Shown here piece after piece: positions 1 through 14,200 of a stretch of 64,000 bases of DNA. This DNA is from Monocercomonoides exilis PA203 (Eukaryota; Protista; Preaxostyla). The stretch lies in contig LSRY02000029.1 in NCBI GenBank assembly GCA_001643675.2, positions 1,149,021 to 1,213,020 of the forward strand, read 5' to 3'. Below the pieces are notes generated by a model. That model had not been told where the DNA came from. It saw only the letters and a list, made by a program, of their open reading frames with translations, and did no database searches. A program made the position numbers and the translations under genes. How positions within the stretch are numbered: position 1 is the stretch's first letter; every line of letters starts with the position of its first letter.

Positions 1-1809
1 AAAAACACTTCACAGAATCAAGATTTGACAACTTCATCACAACAAAAGGCTAAATCTCCATCTTTGGCTTCATCTTCCCAGAGGCCTGCAAGTCGAGCTG
101 ATTCAAAATTATCATCTAAAGAAAGCCGATCTGGTTCTGTTTCTTCATCTTCAACAAAACAAGCTCAAGAAAGCAAGCCAAAGTTTTCTTCATCTGCATT
201 TGCGCGGGCTGCTGTTGCCAGTGTGTTTATGTCACGTCTTAAAAGGAAGCGCAGAATGCATAGCACGAATTCTCAACAAATGAACAAGGGATCTTCACAG
301 AATGCTGGCGCAAAAGGAGATGGAGAATTTGGAATAATGAAGGAGCTCAAAAAGGATGAGAAAGAACGACTTGAAGCGCTGAATATAATGTCGAAAGAAG
401 GATGGCTGGAAGAAATGAATGCAACACGTTCGGCGTTGAAAGATGCTTTCAGAGCGAAAAAGCAAAAGATTAGAAGAGAAAAACAAAAAAATGAGAAGAA
501 AAAGAAGAAAAACGATAAACCATTCAATATGAATCCGCGAAAGAGAAACAAGGAAACATTGAATATGTCAGAAGACGATGATTCAGACAGTGCAAACAGC
601 TCTCAGCGGTCAGATTTTGATGAAGAGGAAGCAACTTTTTCAGAAGGCGAAGAAGAGCAAATTGTGCAACGAATAACAAAAGACTCGTGGCTGTTTCAGG
701 ACGAATGGACAATAAACGATTTTCTACCAACTGAAGCTTCGGAAATACTCAATTTTATGAAGAGAAAAGCACTTTACATGAAGAACAACCGTCAAATGCT
801 TCCTGAATCGAAAGACGAAATGAATTTGGCAGAGTTGACAGATGCCGAAATGGCAGCAGCAGAAGAAGAAGGGTATTACCAAAACTTGAAAAGAAGAGGA
901 CTTGAAAGAAGGAGTTTGCTTGTTTTGCTGTCAGAAGAGCGAAGAAGATTGTGCAGCAGTTGGCGCTCCACAGAAATGACTGTGAAAGAGAGGCCAGCCA
1001 TGTTTGGGAGCTTGCTGAGGCAGCCTGTGTTGACTGAGCGCATGTCATTCCGACTGACAGACATTACTCTGCGTTTGACAGCTGGTTTTGAGGATTTGAT
1101 GAGAGAGCAGCTGAATTGGACACGCAAATGGGAACAGCAAAGAGAAAAAGGTGTGAATGCAAAAAGAGGAAAAAAAAGTGAACGTTAAATATTTTTTATA
1201 TATTTCCAAATTAAATAGAATTTTTTTTTGAGTTTTTGCGATTCAAGAAAAAACGTACTCATTTTGTCTGATGAATTTTAATGTTCTTTAAATGTGAAAA
1301 TATAATGTTTTCTTGTCATGCTGTGTCATATTGCAGATATCCAGAAAGTGACAGTCGAGCAAAGACAGCTGCTGATCATTCCACACAACACTTTGACAAT
1401 TTGTGGTGAAGTTCAAAGCGAAGAGCTTCTCACAGGAAAGACCATCACAGTGAACAGTGGTAGGAAAAGAAAGATGTACTCCACACTTCGCACAAAAAAA
1501 GGATTCATCACAATCAAAAATGCAATTCCACATCCAGCATACACACTTCTGATTGCTGTGCTTTACAAAGTGAACATTCCAATTTCTGTGAATCCAACAG
1601 AAGTGAAAGAGTCGTCGTCTTCTTCTTCTTCGACTATCAAAAAGTCAGCAAAACGCACGCCAATTCCAGCATCAACACAAAGAGATCTATGGATTGGATG
1701 GAGGGAATATCAGCCATTTGTTCAGAATGTGAAACAAAAGACGTTAAGTGATGTGCTAAATAACACGGAAGCTGATGAAGAAAGTGAAGAAGAAGAAGAA
1801 GAAGAAGAA

Positions 1810-1852
<43 letters not shown>

Positions 1853-4800
1853 ATAATTATTCAAGTACGACAGATGGCAAAGAAAAATCAAAGAGCAGCA
1901 ATGTTGGTAGTGCATCCAATACAAACACTCCAAGCAAAGCTTTTCGAGAAACAGGAAGTGATGATGATTTTGCAGACAATGAAAGTGTTGCTTCTCTTCT
2001 CAACGAATACGATGCAATGCAAACGCCTGCACGAAAGGCAAAAGACACGTTTGAAAGGAAAAAAGGAGATGTTGGCATCGAAGAGAGCTATCCTGTGTAT
2101 TCTGTTTTGGTGGATCAGAATGGAAAATCTGTGGATGGTTTGAATGCTCCTTCAAAAATATCTTCTTTTTCTGTTGATTTATCAATCCAGAAGTCATCAA
2201 TTTCATCATCATCATCTTCTTCTTCTTTATCTTTTTTGCCTATGTTTGCCTCAAAATCAGTTTCTCCTTCAAATCTTTCTCCAAATCCGTCTTCGGTTTC
2301 GCCAGCTCCTCATATGTCGATGCAACGTTCTGTTTCTCAAAACACTCATTCTTCGCTTCGTCTTCACAGCTCCATCCTGAAAAAATGGAAGGAGAAAGTT
2401 ACAATGACAATTCCAGACTTGATCGTTCCTCCGAAAATCGCCAAAAAGAGAGGGATTAAACAGAGGCACCATCTGGAAACAAGGCTGCCATTGCGAACAG
2501 AACCTGTTGCTTCTCTCTTTTATCCGTTCATCCAACATTACTTTGTGCTTGACCCAACACGCGGGCCAATCATCTTTGATCCTCGCTCTCTGCAGAAAAG
2601 ACCAGCCACAAGATCATCCTCAAATATGGCCTCTTCTTCTTCTGCTTCTTCTTCATTTCCCACTTCATCTTTTAATAGCTTTGCTGATAGTCAGATTGCT
2701 GGCTCATCTCTTTCACTTGGCTATTCTGGCATTCAGTCAAAGCAATACACATCAAATGCATCTTCCACTTCTCCAAACACTTCACCACTTTCTTCTGAAC
2801 CTACCTTCCCATTTAACATTCTCCATCCACTTTCAATTCCATTTCACGACGGCTCAGGTGATCCTGACTCAATATGCGCATTGCTCCCTGATGAACCACA
2901 TGCCTCAATTCAGTTCTGCCTCCAGCTGAACTCGACCTCTGATTATTCGCTACTTCCTGTTTATGTGGAGCCTCCGTATGATAAAAATCGCTTTCCGATC
3001 CCCCGCCTCCATCCTGAGCCTCCTCCACAGCCTCAGCCACTCACTCCTCCCCCACAAGACATTCCAGACACAAATGTATCAGGCGATGTTCAGCCTCCGC
3101 TTGTTGAACAGCCAGCAAATGACAACATGCAACCAGAAGAAGTGCTAAATCCTCTGCCTCCTCTACCTATTCCTCTTCCGCAAGGCCCACCGCTTCCTCC
3201 GACAGCAGCTCTTTCTGTCGACACACCGCATCCTCCTGTTGACTCGATGCCTCCTGTGCGCCTTCGCTCTCGCCGCTTGGATGAAAAGCTGGACGACTTG
3301 TGCAGCGAATTCACCTTCACTTTTGAGTCTTTTGAGAACGATGGGCTGTCTCTTCCTGGCTCAAGACTGGTTCAGCCCCCGTCTTTTACTCGCTTCAAGT
3401 TTCGATTTTTCGAGCTGCCGGAATGTTGGAGCGATATTGGCGTATCTGCGTATGATGAAGGAAGCCATTTCACTACAATTGGAAGGAAAATGAGCACAGA
3501 GTTTGTAACCTAATAAATTATTTTAGAAATGAATGTGAAATTTTGTGAATGAATATTTATTTTATTTATTTATTGTTTGTGCTCTTTGCATTTCAGAGAG
3601 AATATGGCATCGTCCAGTTACGAGACATTTCCACAGCTTTCACCATTGTCCATAACGTTTCAGTGCAATTCATCCACTTTGTGCAACGCACCCCTCATGT
3701 CATCGCTGACATCACTGCCTTACCCTCTCAGTGGAAGTGCTCTGCCTTTGTCGTCAAACACCCCAAAGACATTGGCCGAGTACTTGGAATCTGAATGGCT
3801 CGAGATCGACATCGTCGACTGGTCTTCAAAGTTTCAGTACGGCTGCGTTTTCATTCCGCTGGATTCTCTCCTTCCGTTTGTCGATGGACGGACAGGGGTG
3901 ATGAGTTTGCTCTTTTGCATCATCATTTATGCACCAACAAATAAAAATTGTGAATGTTTAATAAATTTTTATATATCCAATTTGTATTTTTTTTTTTTTT
4001 AGATCCATCTGTTTACGAGACAATTCACCTGACCGCTGATATTTGGCTGCCATTTCCTCCTCTTTCCTGTTCAGTCGATGCTGCCACGTCTGTCGTGCTT
4101 CCTCTGTCTTTCCTTTCTTTTGCATCGCCTCCTCCACTCCACCGCTTTCTGGGTAAGTTGCATTTGTCCATTTCGCATCGTCGTGTGCCTCCTGCTGTTT
4201 CTGTGCCAAAAGCGCTCCAGTTTCTGCGTGAACACAAAGGAAACAAGACGAGAATGAGCAAAGATCTGATAAACATTGGAAATTACTGGGCATCGCAGGT
4301 TGGGCGGCTGGAAGAGGAGAGTGCAAGCGAAGAGGACAAGTCAGGCGATGAGAAAGAGGCACTCGATGGCAGAGTCAGCACATCGAAGCAGAGAAGACAA
4401 AAGCGGAGTGTTGTTTGCTTTTGAATACTTTAGATTTCTTTGAATTACTTTTTAATTTCCTTTATTTTTATATCAATTGCGATTCTGTTTAGACAAAGCA
4501 AATAAAACTTCATCAGCTGTCATTTGGCAAATTGAGCTGTTCACGTTTAATATTTCCGTCTTTTGCGTCACCTGTGTATTTTGAGATTCCATTTTTAAAC
4601 CCATTTTCATCGCCACTCACTGTTGATGTCATTGTTACAGAAAGATTAAAAGAAAATAACCCATCATTTCCCTCTTCTTCCTCTTCTTCACGATCGAAGC
4701 AAAACAAAGAAAAGGAGCTTTTCCTTCTGTCAGACAGCGAAGCAGAATATTTCCGCTTTCTATTTGCACCAGAATCAGTTTCTGCACCAAACTCTTTTTC

Positions 4801-6722
4801 TGTTCCGTCAGCTTCACACAAAAATTTGGGATTTCAGCTCAAAAAGCCTCTTGCTGCAACTCGTTCAATCGGCTCATGTTCTTCATTCCCAACAGCTGAG
4901 AAGCAAACAGGTGGCTCATCCGCTATACTGTTGAAAGATGGTATTTTTATTTATTTTTTTCCTGAATTTTTAACTCGATGATCTGGATTCAATGTCTTTA
5001 TTTTTTTCCATTTCCATTTGTTACATGAAAAATTTCATAGATTTAAATGTTATATGTGCATCGACATTCACATTCGTTCCACAAGAAAGCAGAGCATTTC
5101 CATTTCTGTTTCAGTCTTTCTGCGGAGGTGATGTATTTTCTCATTGGAACTTAAGCGATGCTGAGAATGATGGCAAAGATTCATTCAGCAGCAAATCTGA
5201 AGATGCCAACACAAACAAATGGAAAGCATTACTTCAAGAAAGCACACAAAAGGATTCGATTCTTTTGATGCCAACAGTTGCAGACGAAAACGAAGTTGTT
5301 CAGCTGAAGAAAAAGAGAGTTGTTCTTCAGTCTTTCCAACAGCAGAAGAGTCAGAATCCTACAGCAAAGCTTATCAGTGAAAAAGAGCAACCCTTTTCTG
5401 ACATTTCGTATCCTTCAGACGGAACTAGCAATTTGGACTCTCTCATTTCGACGCCATTTGGAAAGATAGAGCCAAACCTTCAGGCAATTCATCCGCGTGT
5501 CTTTGAGATTGTGATAAGAGAATCTCATTCAAAGTTTGTGTTTACAACCACCCACATTGTGGTCTGTGCGACAAACTGCCAAATCTCTCGCACGTTCAAC
5601 GTCTATCGCCCTGATAATACTCCATCGGAACTTTTCCTTCACATTTCACAGCCTGCACCATCATCACACGCCATCTCTTCATTTCCTTTTCCATCTCCTC
5701 TTCCTCTCAGCAACTCGACTTCACCTCAACCAATGCTATCCAATTCTTATTTGGCCAACTCACCAACGAGAAGGCGAGACATTTCATTCATTGACACAAC
5801 TCGTGGCACAGACAGCATCAAAAAAGCTGTCTTGTCTCGATCGACTCCACAGATACAAGCGATCTCTGAAATTTCAAACACATACTCAATCACTCAAACA
5901 CTTCACTTTGACCTGCCTGCTGTAAAGTTCCTCTCGCCAATCAGAATCAGAGTTGCTCTGTTTAACGATGAGTGGTGTGGGTCGTTGTATGAAATTTGGG
6001 AAATTGTCGTGTTTGGAGTTCCAAGCATTGCTGTTAACTCGTCGGTTGGTGAGCCAATTCGTGCATATGAACCATTTGACACGACACAAGATCCAGACAT
6101 AACAGAGCCAGTGTTTCACGAGCCTGCCTTAAGTTCTGTGACTGCTGCTTCGTTGGACAAAGAATGGGTGGAAAAAGTCAGATCACAACATGGAAGATTG
6201 AGTTGGGAAGAATGGGACATTTCAACAGGCCTTGGGCCGACGCAATCAGGAGTCAACTTCATCATTCGGTCGCTTGCTGGAGGAAGACAGCAAACTCTGT
6301 TTGCTTTGTCTGACCAGCACACAGCCGATCTGTCCCGGCTGTGGCTGATTCTGTCTGATAGCCAGCCTTCAATGGAAGGACGCGTATATCATATCGACAT
6401 TGAGGTTGGGGAGTCGCCAAGAATTGAAATCCCGTTTGAGAATCCGATTGAAGAAACGTGCCTGTTCAGACTGGTAACGGATAGGTCTGATATCATTGTT
6501 CTTTCATCGAGTTTCCTTTCAATGAAAAAAGGTGAAACAAAAGCAGTAGAATTTCGTATTTCTCCTCAATACACTCCCATTCAAGTAACTGCAACAATAT
6601 TCATTAACGGAATTGGAGCAATGGATTCCATTCTAGAACAAATGTATACAATAAATGTAAATTATACAATGCATTCAACATCAGTGAATTGCACATTATT
6701 TGATGATACAATTGTTAGCTAG
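1..6722 (+). CDS. NPHP4: Multi-exon nephrocystin-4-like ciliary transition-zone protein, 5' end probably upstream of the window; joins ORFs 25-1188, 1318-3513, 3577-4002, 3954-4424, 4532-4981, 4992-6722
   Basis: NPHP4-like motifs FTRFKFRFFELP, LAEYLESEWLEIDIVDWSS..GCVFIPLDSLL, YFEIPFLNPF, IEIPFENP..CLFRLVTDRSD. ORFs are separated by AT-rich GT..AG introns. ORF 25-1188 can join by a phase-compatible intron (1178 or 1184 to 1336), but its membership in this gene is less certain. Confidence 0.7.
1786..1851 (+). repeat. (GAA)n(GAT)n coding microsatellite (poly-E/poly-D)
   Basis: Read directly from the sequence. Confidence 0.9.
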
Positions 6723-8268
6723 AAAAAAGGACTATTATGAAAAACTGCTGTTCATCACTTTTTCTTTAATCAAAAATAAATACACTAAATTTTTGAAAGT
6801 GCCAATGTTTTGCTTTTACATAATCATATAAATTGTTTAATTATAACCCTTTGATAGTTTGTTTTCACGTAAATAAATATTTTTTTAAAAAAAAAAAAAA
6901 ATTGATTGATTCACCAAAAAATATTTAAAACGGGTTGCTTTTTTGGAATGAAAACATTTTTTTTATTTTTTTTAAAAAAAATGAAACAAGTTTTACAAAG
7001 CAAAAAATCAGATAAAAAAAGAAATACATCTCCCAATTTGTTTTTTTGAACTTAATTCATAACTTTTTTTTTTTTTCAAATTTATTTTTTCAGGGATTCA
7101 TGCTTATGAACAAGCTCTAAGTGCGCATAACTTTGTTATCATATTTATTTAAACTTATAATTTTGTCTTTTCAATAACCATTCTCCTTTGAAAGAATTAT
7201 TAACTGAAAGTTAAATATTAATTGAAAATGCACTGAATTTGCGATTTCATAAATAAACAATTTATTGAATTCAAGGAATACTTTGCTTTTTATAATATTT
7301 TTTTAAGAAAATACAAAGAAATACTTTTTGAGTTGTTTCCTTTCTGGCATTTTCACATCAATGCATTTCTTTTAATTGTTAACAAAACAATTCATAAAAT
7401 ATTATGTGAATTTGCTTTCATGCGCAGAATTTGAAGCGACTTTTTCTGAAATTTGGCAACATTTCTGTTGATTTATCGGCAAGACAGTATTTTATGATCA
7501 GAACAAACAATTCTGCATTTCTTTCTAACACCATGTAATCATAAAACATCAAGCTTTAAACTGTTTTATGAAAATCGAACGATAGTCAAAATACCAGATC
7601 GCACTTTATTTGGATTGAAAATTTCTTCGAACACGATCTTTGAATTAATAAATTGAATGAAATGAAAGAAGATGGAAAACATTTTTTATAAGCGATTGCT
7701 TTTATTTAAACAATGGAGAATTACAATTTTTTTTTCCATTTATTTATTTAATCAACTTTTTCTCCATTTTAATTCGTCAAGAAGCTGCTTTCTATTTTTA
7801 TTCGGTTCTTATGATCACGTCAGTTTACAAACTTGATTCACAAGCAATAGCGCTTTAACTATTTTAAACACCTTCTCATTTGAAAATCTACCAATCATTC
7901 AGAAATGGTCCTTTGTGCTTTTTCGTTTTAAGCAGACTATCTTTATCTTATTAAGCATTCAACTAACTAAAGTACTTTATTGATTAACTAATTCTTCCGC
8001 ACCTGGTAGGAAGGGATGCTTTGAGAAAGCCAAAGCAGACAGAGTAACAAATCAGATGCAATCTTTCTTTTGAAATTCTCAAATTGTCATTTTAATCATC
8101 GTCCAAGATTCAAACAAGTTGCTATTGAAACGATTACATGAATTAAAGCGTCTACACTTTTGCAGTGAAAACTTCTAGTTTTTTCATTTTCTTTCATTCT
8201 TTTTCAAAATTCCTTTTATCTTTTTCTTTTCTTTAAGAAAAACGAATCGCTCGAAAACTTATTTATTA

Positions 8269-10844
8269 CCATGGGTGCTTTACCCGCCCCCTGGTGCCAA
8301 ATCCGCACCCACAAATTGAATTAAAAGTTCACATTTTGTTATATGAACACTATTCATTTTCAATCATTGAGCTTTGAAAAAAATAGGACAAGTACATCAC
8401 ATTATTGAAAAGCTTCATTGTTTGGTGTTTGAGATAAAAAGGTTTCGAAGTTTTTTTTAAAAATTCTTCAACTTAATCAGTTTGCGGTAATACAAGAACA
8501 AAAAAAACCAAATGGGGTACTCACTCGTTCTTCTTTATCAATAATCACTTTCAGCAGATGCAAACCTTTCAATGTGAAAAAACAAACAAACAAACTACGA
8601 TGACAACGAAGAATAATACTTTTCGCGACATTCAATTTCTTTTCTGCTGAAAGATGGTGAAACTGCTCTTTGAATTGGCTTCTCCTTTTCCGGTTTTCTT
8701 CTTTCATCAATGTTGCTTTCTCCACTTGTATCATCGTTCATAATATAATATATTATCTTTTTCTTTTTCTTTTTATGTTTTATTTCTCTTTTATCTTCAT
8801 CTGCAGAAGAGCTTGACAAAAGAATGTTGAATTCTTCACGAGAATGCTTGGTTTTTGATGTTGAAGGAGTCGAAGAAGTTTTCGCTTTTTCTATTTTTTT
8901 ATATTTGGATCGAAGAAATGCAAGATGCTTTTCTGCATATTCAAGTTGTTTTTTCAATTCGAAGCTGTCCAAATCTTCTATAATTGTTGTTGAATTTAAT
9001 TTGTGATCATCAGACGGAGAAGAACAGATCGATTCGTTCGGCGAAGTTGATTTTGTTGAGTTTGCTTTTTCTGAGGAATAAATATCTGATGGTATTGATG
9101 AAGCTGAAACACTTTGCCTTTTTGGTGGAGAATAGCTTCCAAAAAGTTCTTCACGCCAATCTTGAAACGAAGAATGAAAATCTTCTTTCGATGGAGAGGC
9201 TCCAATAGGTGCTCCAGATACGCGAGAGAGAACGGGAGCTGCAGCAACAGGCCAGACTCCTGTCTTAATGAATGCTGCCTTCACTGTTGATGGAACACAA
9301 GCTGCAGCCAAGGCTTCGGGGAGAATTTCTGCAAGTTGGGCTCGATAAGAAGGGAGAGAAAATGGAGAAGGAATAACAAATTTGTTACTCAAAGTGGATT
9401 TTAGTCGAGAAAAAACACATGAGTCACACGGCTGAAGCAAATGTGTCATATTAGGTGGGAATTTTTTCAGAATGATGAAATTTTTTTCAGCTGCTTCAAT
9501 TACAGTTTCGTCATTGTGAGTTGAATGATTATCCATTAACAAAAGTGCACGATGAGAACTTGTAGGTTTCACTTTCTCCGCGATTAATGGAATCCAGTAA
9601 TTAATCATAATGTACTTGAAGATATCCTTAGTGATCCACCCGGAAGATGAAAAAATATATCTGATATCAAATGAAGAAAGTGTGCGAAACTCTTTCGGGA
9701 GTGTTTTCTTTGGCCATAGAAGAAATCGCGGTAATGAGGATCCGTCAGCGCAGATACAAAGGCATATAGTTGCATTCGGGACTTTTGGAACGACGGGAAC
9801 TTGTGGAGGAGTTTGACTTTTTAGGCAAACAACCAGTTTGTTCGATGATTCCCCACATGAGATAGACGATTCATCAAAATTGAATATATCCGCAGCTGTG
9901 ATATTGTATTCCGTAACAGTGCTTAACAATTCTGAAAACCATCCTCTGATATTTTCTGGTGACTGCGCTGATATTTTTGCAACGTCCGTGTGCCTTGCGA
10001 TTGCAGCCTTCAAAACATCACTTCGTTGAATTAATTTGAATGCATATTTTTTGTTGATTGTTTGGAATTCTTTCTTTGGTTTTGATGATTTTTCTATTTG
10101 ATCCACACACTTAGCAACATGAAAATGTTACAAAAACAAATTAATAAATAATGCAAACCATGTTTTGCACATCGCGAATTCGAACTATTGTCTGATTTGA
10201 TAAAAGGACTAGCACCTGGTTCTCAATTTCTTCCAATTGCTCGTTCGTAATTGCCTGAGGGTGCCCATTCCTTCCAGCTTCTCTGCCAGCTCTTTCCGCT
10301 CTTATACCTCTTTTCCATGCATCTTTTGACACAACCTTTGCTTTTATGGCAGTTGAATATTTCACTTTAAAACTTTTTCGAATTGCGAAAAGCTTTTTCG
10401 ATGGGGATTTGAATGATCGATATTCCTTGGTTGCAAGAACTCTGTGCAACTGAGTTGATGATAATTCAGGTTTTTCAGTCATCTTTATTGGGTGTGATCA
10501 AGCATATCAAAATTTCTTTTGTTGTCATTTTGAATCAAAGATAACGTTAACAAATTTCGTTGTCTGACATACAAAGCGAATAATATTGAACTGGTTTATT
10601 ATTTTCACTAGCTCTGAAAAAGTTGCGATAAATATAGTCTTTGGATTAAAGAAGAAACTGGCTTTATTTTGAAAGAACAAAAATTAACGTAGATTGAGCA
10701 AAAGCAAAACTTGGATTGTTGACATCATTTTTAGCTGTTTTAAAATAGTTTTCAATAGTTAAACATCTAATTGTGTTTTGAAAGCTCATTCAAATATGAA
10801 TAGGGTGCGGGTTTGGCACCAGGGGGCGGGTAAAGCACCCATGG
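8269..10844 (-). mobile_element. Full-length pogo/Fot-like (Tc1-mariner superfamily) DNA transposon, ~2.58 kb
   Basis: 42-bp TIRs CCATGGGTGCTTTACCCGCCCCCTGGTGCCAAATCCGCACCC at 8269-8310 and reverse complement at 10803-10844 (1 mismatch), flanked by TA at 8267-8268 and 10845-10846; encloses a DDD transposase. Confidence 0.93.
8595..10482 (-). CDS. DD35D transposase (DDE_1/CENP-B type), two exons (10482-10159, 10109-8595), ~612 aa
   Basis: Motifs IFNFDESS, LLMDNHSTH, PPNMTHLLQPCD with 35 residues between the second and third Asp; 49-nt phase-0 intron GTTTGC..CTAAG at 10158-10110 fuses the two ORFs in frame. Confidence 0.9.
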
Positions 10845-11289
10845 TAATTATAGATATCGAATTATCAATTAAAAGTTAAAACAATCTCGATTTTTCGCAT
10901 TTTTCGGAAAAAAATTTCTTATGAATACTCTGTGTGTGTGTGTAAGCCTGGTACTATGCATTTTATCTTTAAAAATAATTATTATTTAATGAGATGCCCG
11001 AACGAAAAAAAAAATGTTCTGATAAAAAAAATACTCGGATAGAAGAATTCCACCCAACTCAAAGAATTACTCATTTTCCAAGTTTAATTCTTAAAAAAAG
11101 TTGTCTTAGGTTGTTGGCAAACAAACACTTAATTATTTAGATCTGTTCGCTCATGGCAACCAACATTACGTAATATTCGAAGGAAATGAAATATTTATCT
11201 TGAATTCTGAAACGAAGAATAGATATTTATTTTTGATTATTTCACTTTTTTTTTTTTTTAAAAGGTTATAACAAACAAAATTATCTTTT

Positions 11290-14200
11290 TCAACCCACAA
11301 ACAAGTCCTTAAACACTTCTTTAAATGAAAACTTAATGTTTCCTTCAGAAAAATTTTGATCTTCCATTGATTGCGTTGAAATACTTGAAAGTTCTGTTAG
11401 CACTTGATTTCCAACGAGATGGGACAAATCTGTGCTCGAAGATGAATGGACACACTTAGAAACATTCAACAATTCCATCAGCAACGTTTCATCATCTACT
11501 AACAGAATCTTTTCTGTTGAACAGTTCACGCAAAACATATCAGAGTTCCTTTCATTTTCCATGGAATTCGAAAGTCTCTTATTAAGCTTTTCACTGTAAT
11601 CATCTGCTTTCTTTTCAGATATCTGTTCTGCAAAGATATTCTCCCTCTTTTCTGGTTCAGCCTTTTTTTCTTTAACAGAAGAATAATCATAATCATCGCA
11701 AATATCAACATCAATGCTTTCAAACTCGTCATCTTCTATGATTGTGGTTGGCCGGGTGTTGGCTTCAGTTATGTCAAACAACGAATGAGAAATACCACCT
11801 TGTAGCGGACAACTTGGTGTTGTTTGAGCATTTAAAGAAGAAATAACTGTTGGACTTGAAGAATATTCCATCTGCGTTTTTGAAAGATTGAATTCACTGT
11901 TTTTGTTAGCGTGAGTAATTTCCTTCTTTGCTGATTCTTCTATTGATCTTTCAACACTATTTGTCTCGTTTTCACTTTCATTTTCAGAAACCGCTCCGCC
12001 TTTGTTTTCGTTTGCTTCTGATGTTGATAATGATTCATTCGGAGGAGCAATTACATCAGAAACAGAATCAGAAAATATCTGAGGAGAACGGTCTCTGCAA
12101 TTCATATTGAATGGACTATCTTCAATATTATGAGAGTTTTTTGAAGATGAAAGAAACGATGAAATTTTCTCAATTTGTTTATAGCTTTCGCACATGATAT
12201 GAACGCATTGCTTTTCAGCATAATTATATCGATCATCTCGATTTTCATTATCATTTTTGAAACTTGAAAGGTTTCGTCCAACTTTCTTCAATTCTTCCGC
12301 AGCTCGAAAGCGAATCATTCTTTCTTCTGTGAGTTTCTCTTCGAGAATTCTAATCGAAGCAAGAAGAACCGCGGGAGAGATATTAACAACGCCAGCTGAA
12401 GAAGTTGCCTTTCGTTCAGCCACAAAATTCCTATTTGCGGAATGCATCATGTCTGTTTCTGTGCCCACGGACTGCGGCGGTATCGGAGGAAATCTTGCTA
12501 TGTCTTCGTTGGCTAATGGATGAACCTCCTGCTGAGGCATCAAACGCTCCATTTCAGGAGGTGGAGGCTCCGGCTTTTGTTGGAAAGGTTCCGATAAAGT
12601 TTGTTGAAATGAAGAGAAAGAGGAACCATTCGAAGAGGAAGCAGAAAGAGAAGAATTTTTAGTCGAATTCATATTCGAAAGCGAGTCTAATATTTGTGAG
12701 TCATGGGATCTTTCAACTGAGAATTTTGAATCACCAGTTGAATTATCTTTTAAAGATTGATTGCTCGTTGGAATAGCAGAACTCCCAATTTTTGAACTGC
12801 TTTCTGTTGTTGAATAAACGTTCTCGTTATCTTTTTTATCTTCTTCAATCTGACAGCTATTGTTTGTCGTGCAAGAGGTGCTTTGTGATTCCGATCTCAA
12901 CTCTTTGTTTAATATCAATTTGTTCATAAGGTATTTATCTGATAATTCCAAAATTTCCTTTTGAATCGGAGAAAATTTATAATTCTCCGGAATCAGAATA
13001 CTTGTAACCTGCTTCGCCAGATTGTGTGGAGGATAAAATGGGGCAACCATATTTTTCTGGTAAAAAGGCGAAGGCGAAGGCGAAGGTGAAGCGAAAGGTG
13101 ATGGAGAAGGAGATTGATAAGGGTAAAACTGCGAAATCTGCGAAGATGCGGGTGAGTGAACAACAAACGATGGCAGAATGCTTTTCTTTTTGCGAGATCG
13201 AAAAGAACGTTTTTTGCCTTTATCTGCAGAGTCATCTACGATGGAATATGAGCATTGCACAAGCTCAGCATCATAGTCTCCTTCACCATCTGAATACGCT
13301 TCTTCGCTGTCCTTTTCTTCTTTACCTTCTTTCCTTTTATTGTCTTCTGCCAATGAATCCACTAGCACCGTTTGTTCTTCATCGTCTTCAGCATTCGCCA
13401 TGCTAGCTGGACTTCTCCCTTCTTGCTCATTCATCCGTTCTCTTTCCAGTTTGATAGACATTTTCTGGTGGCGCAGCGACGGAATGTCCGATACCTGTGT
13501 TGTGTACAGCACCGAGTCAAATGGAATGCTCCCGTTGTTCTTCAGCGTCAGCGCCTGGAAAATGAAGGTGTTGGCGTCCTTGCGTGTTGTCTTTGGGTAG
13601 TGCATTAGCAGCGATAGACATGTGTTTTCATCTGTGTCAGTTGAACAGATCTCAGACTTCACAGCCTTGATCATCGCAACAGAGATATAATCGATCAGAC
13701 TGAAATCAGAGAAAGGCGATCCATCGCTGTTACATGCAAAGATCGCATCCCAAATGCGGAGTGCTTCTGAAAGTTCGAACTCGCGAGCAAACAACATCCG
13801 AAGCCAGCGCATCAAAAAGTACTGAGGTTCAATCCCAAAGTCGTTGATCTTTTCCCACAGCGCCGGATCTTTCGCCTTCAGTAGCACAAATACACGTCGT
13901 GAATATCGCACGATGTATGGAATTTCAGAGAAATGAACCGTTTTTGTACGCTTAACAACTGCTTTTGCGTTTCCTGCTGCTCCATTTGAATCCAGAGTGT
14001 CAGCTGACAGATCGCCTGTGCCCAATACGTTCGACAACTGCTTGATTTGTTCTGCTTCAACGGGCGGCTTTGTGGTGTCGTAGAACCATTTTGAGGTTAT
14101 GCCCATAATTCTGTCGAACATTGCAAACAAATCGTGCTCAGGATACTCCTTGGAGAGTGCATCAACAAGAACTGATGCCATCATTCGCTGTTCGTCCGTC

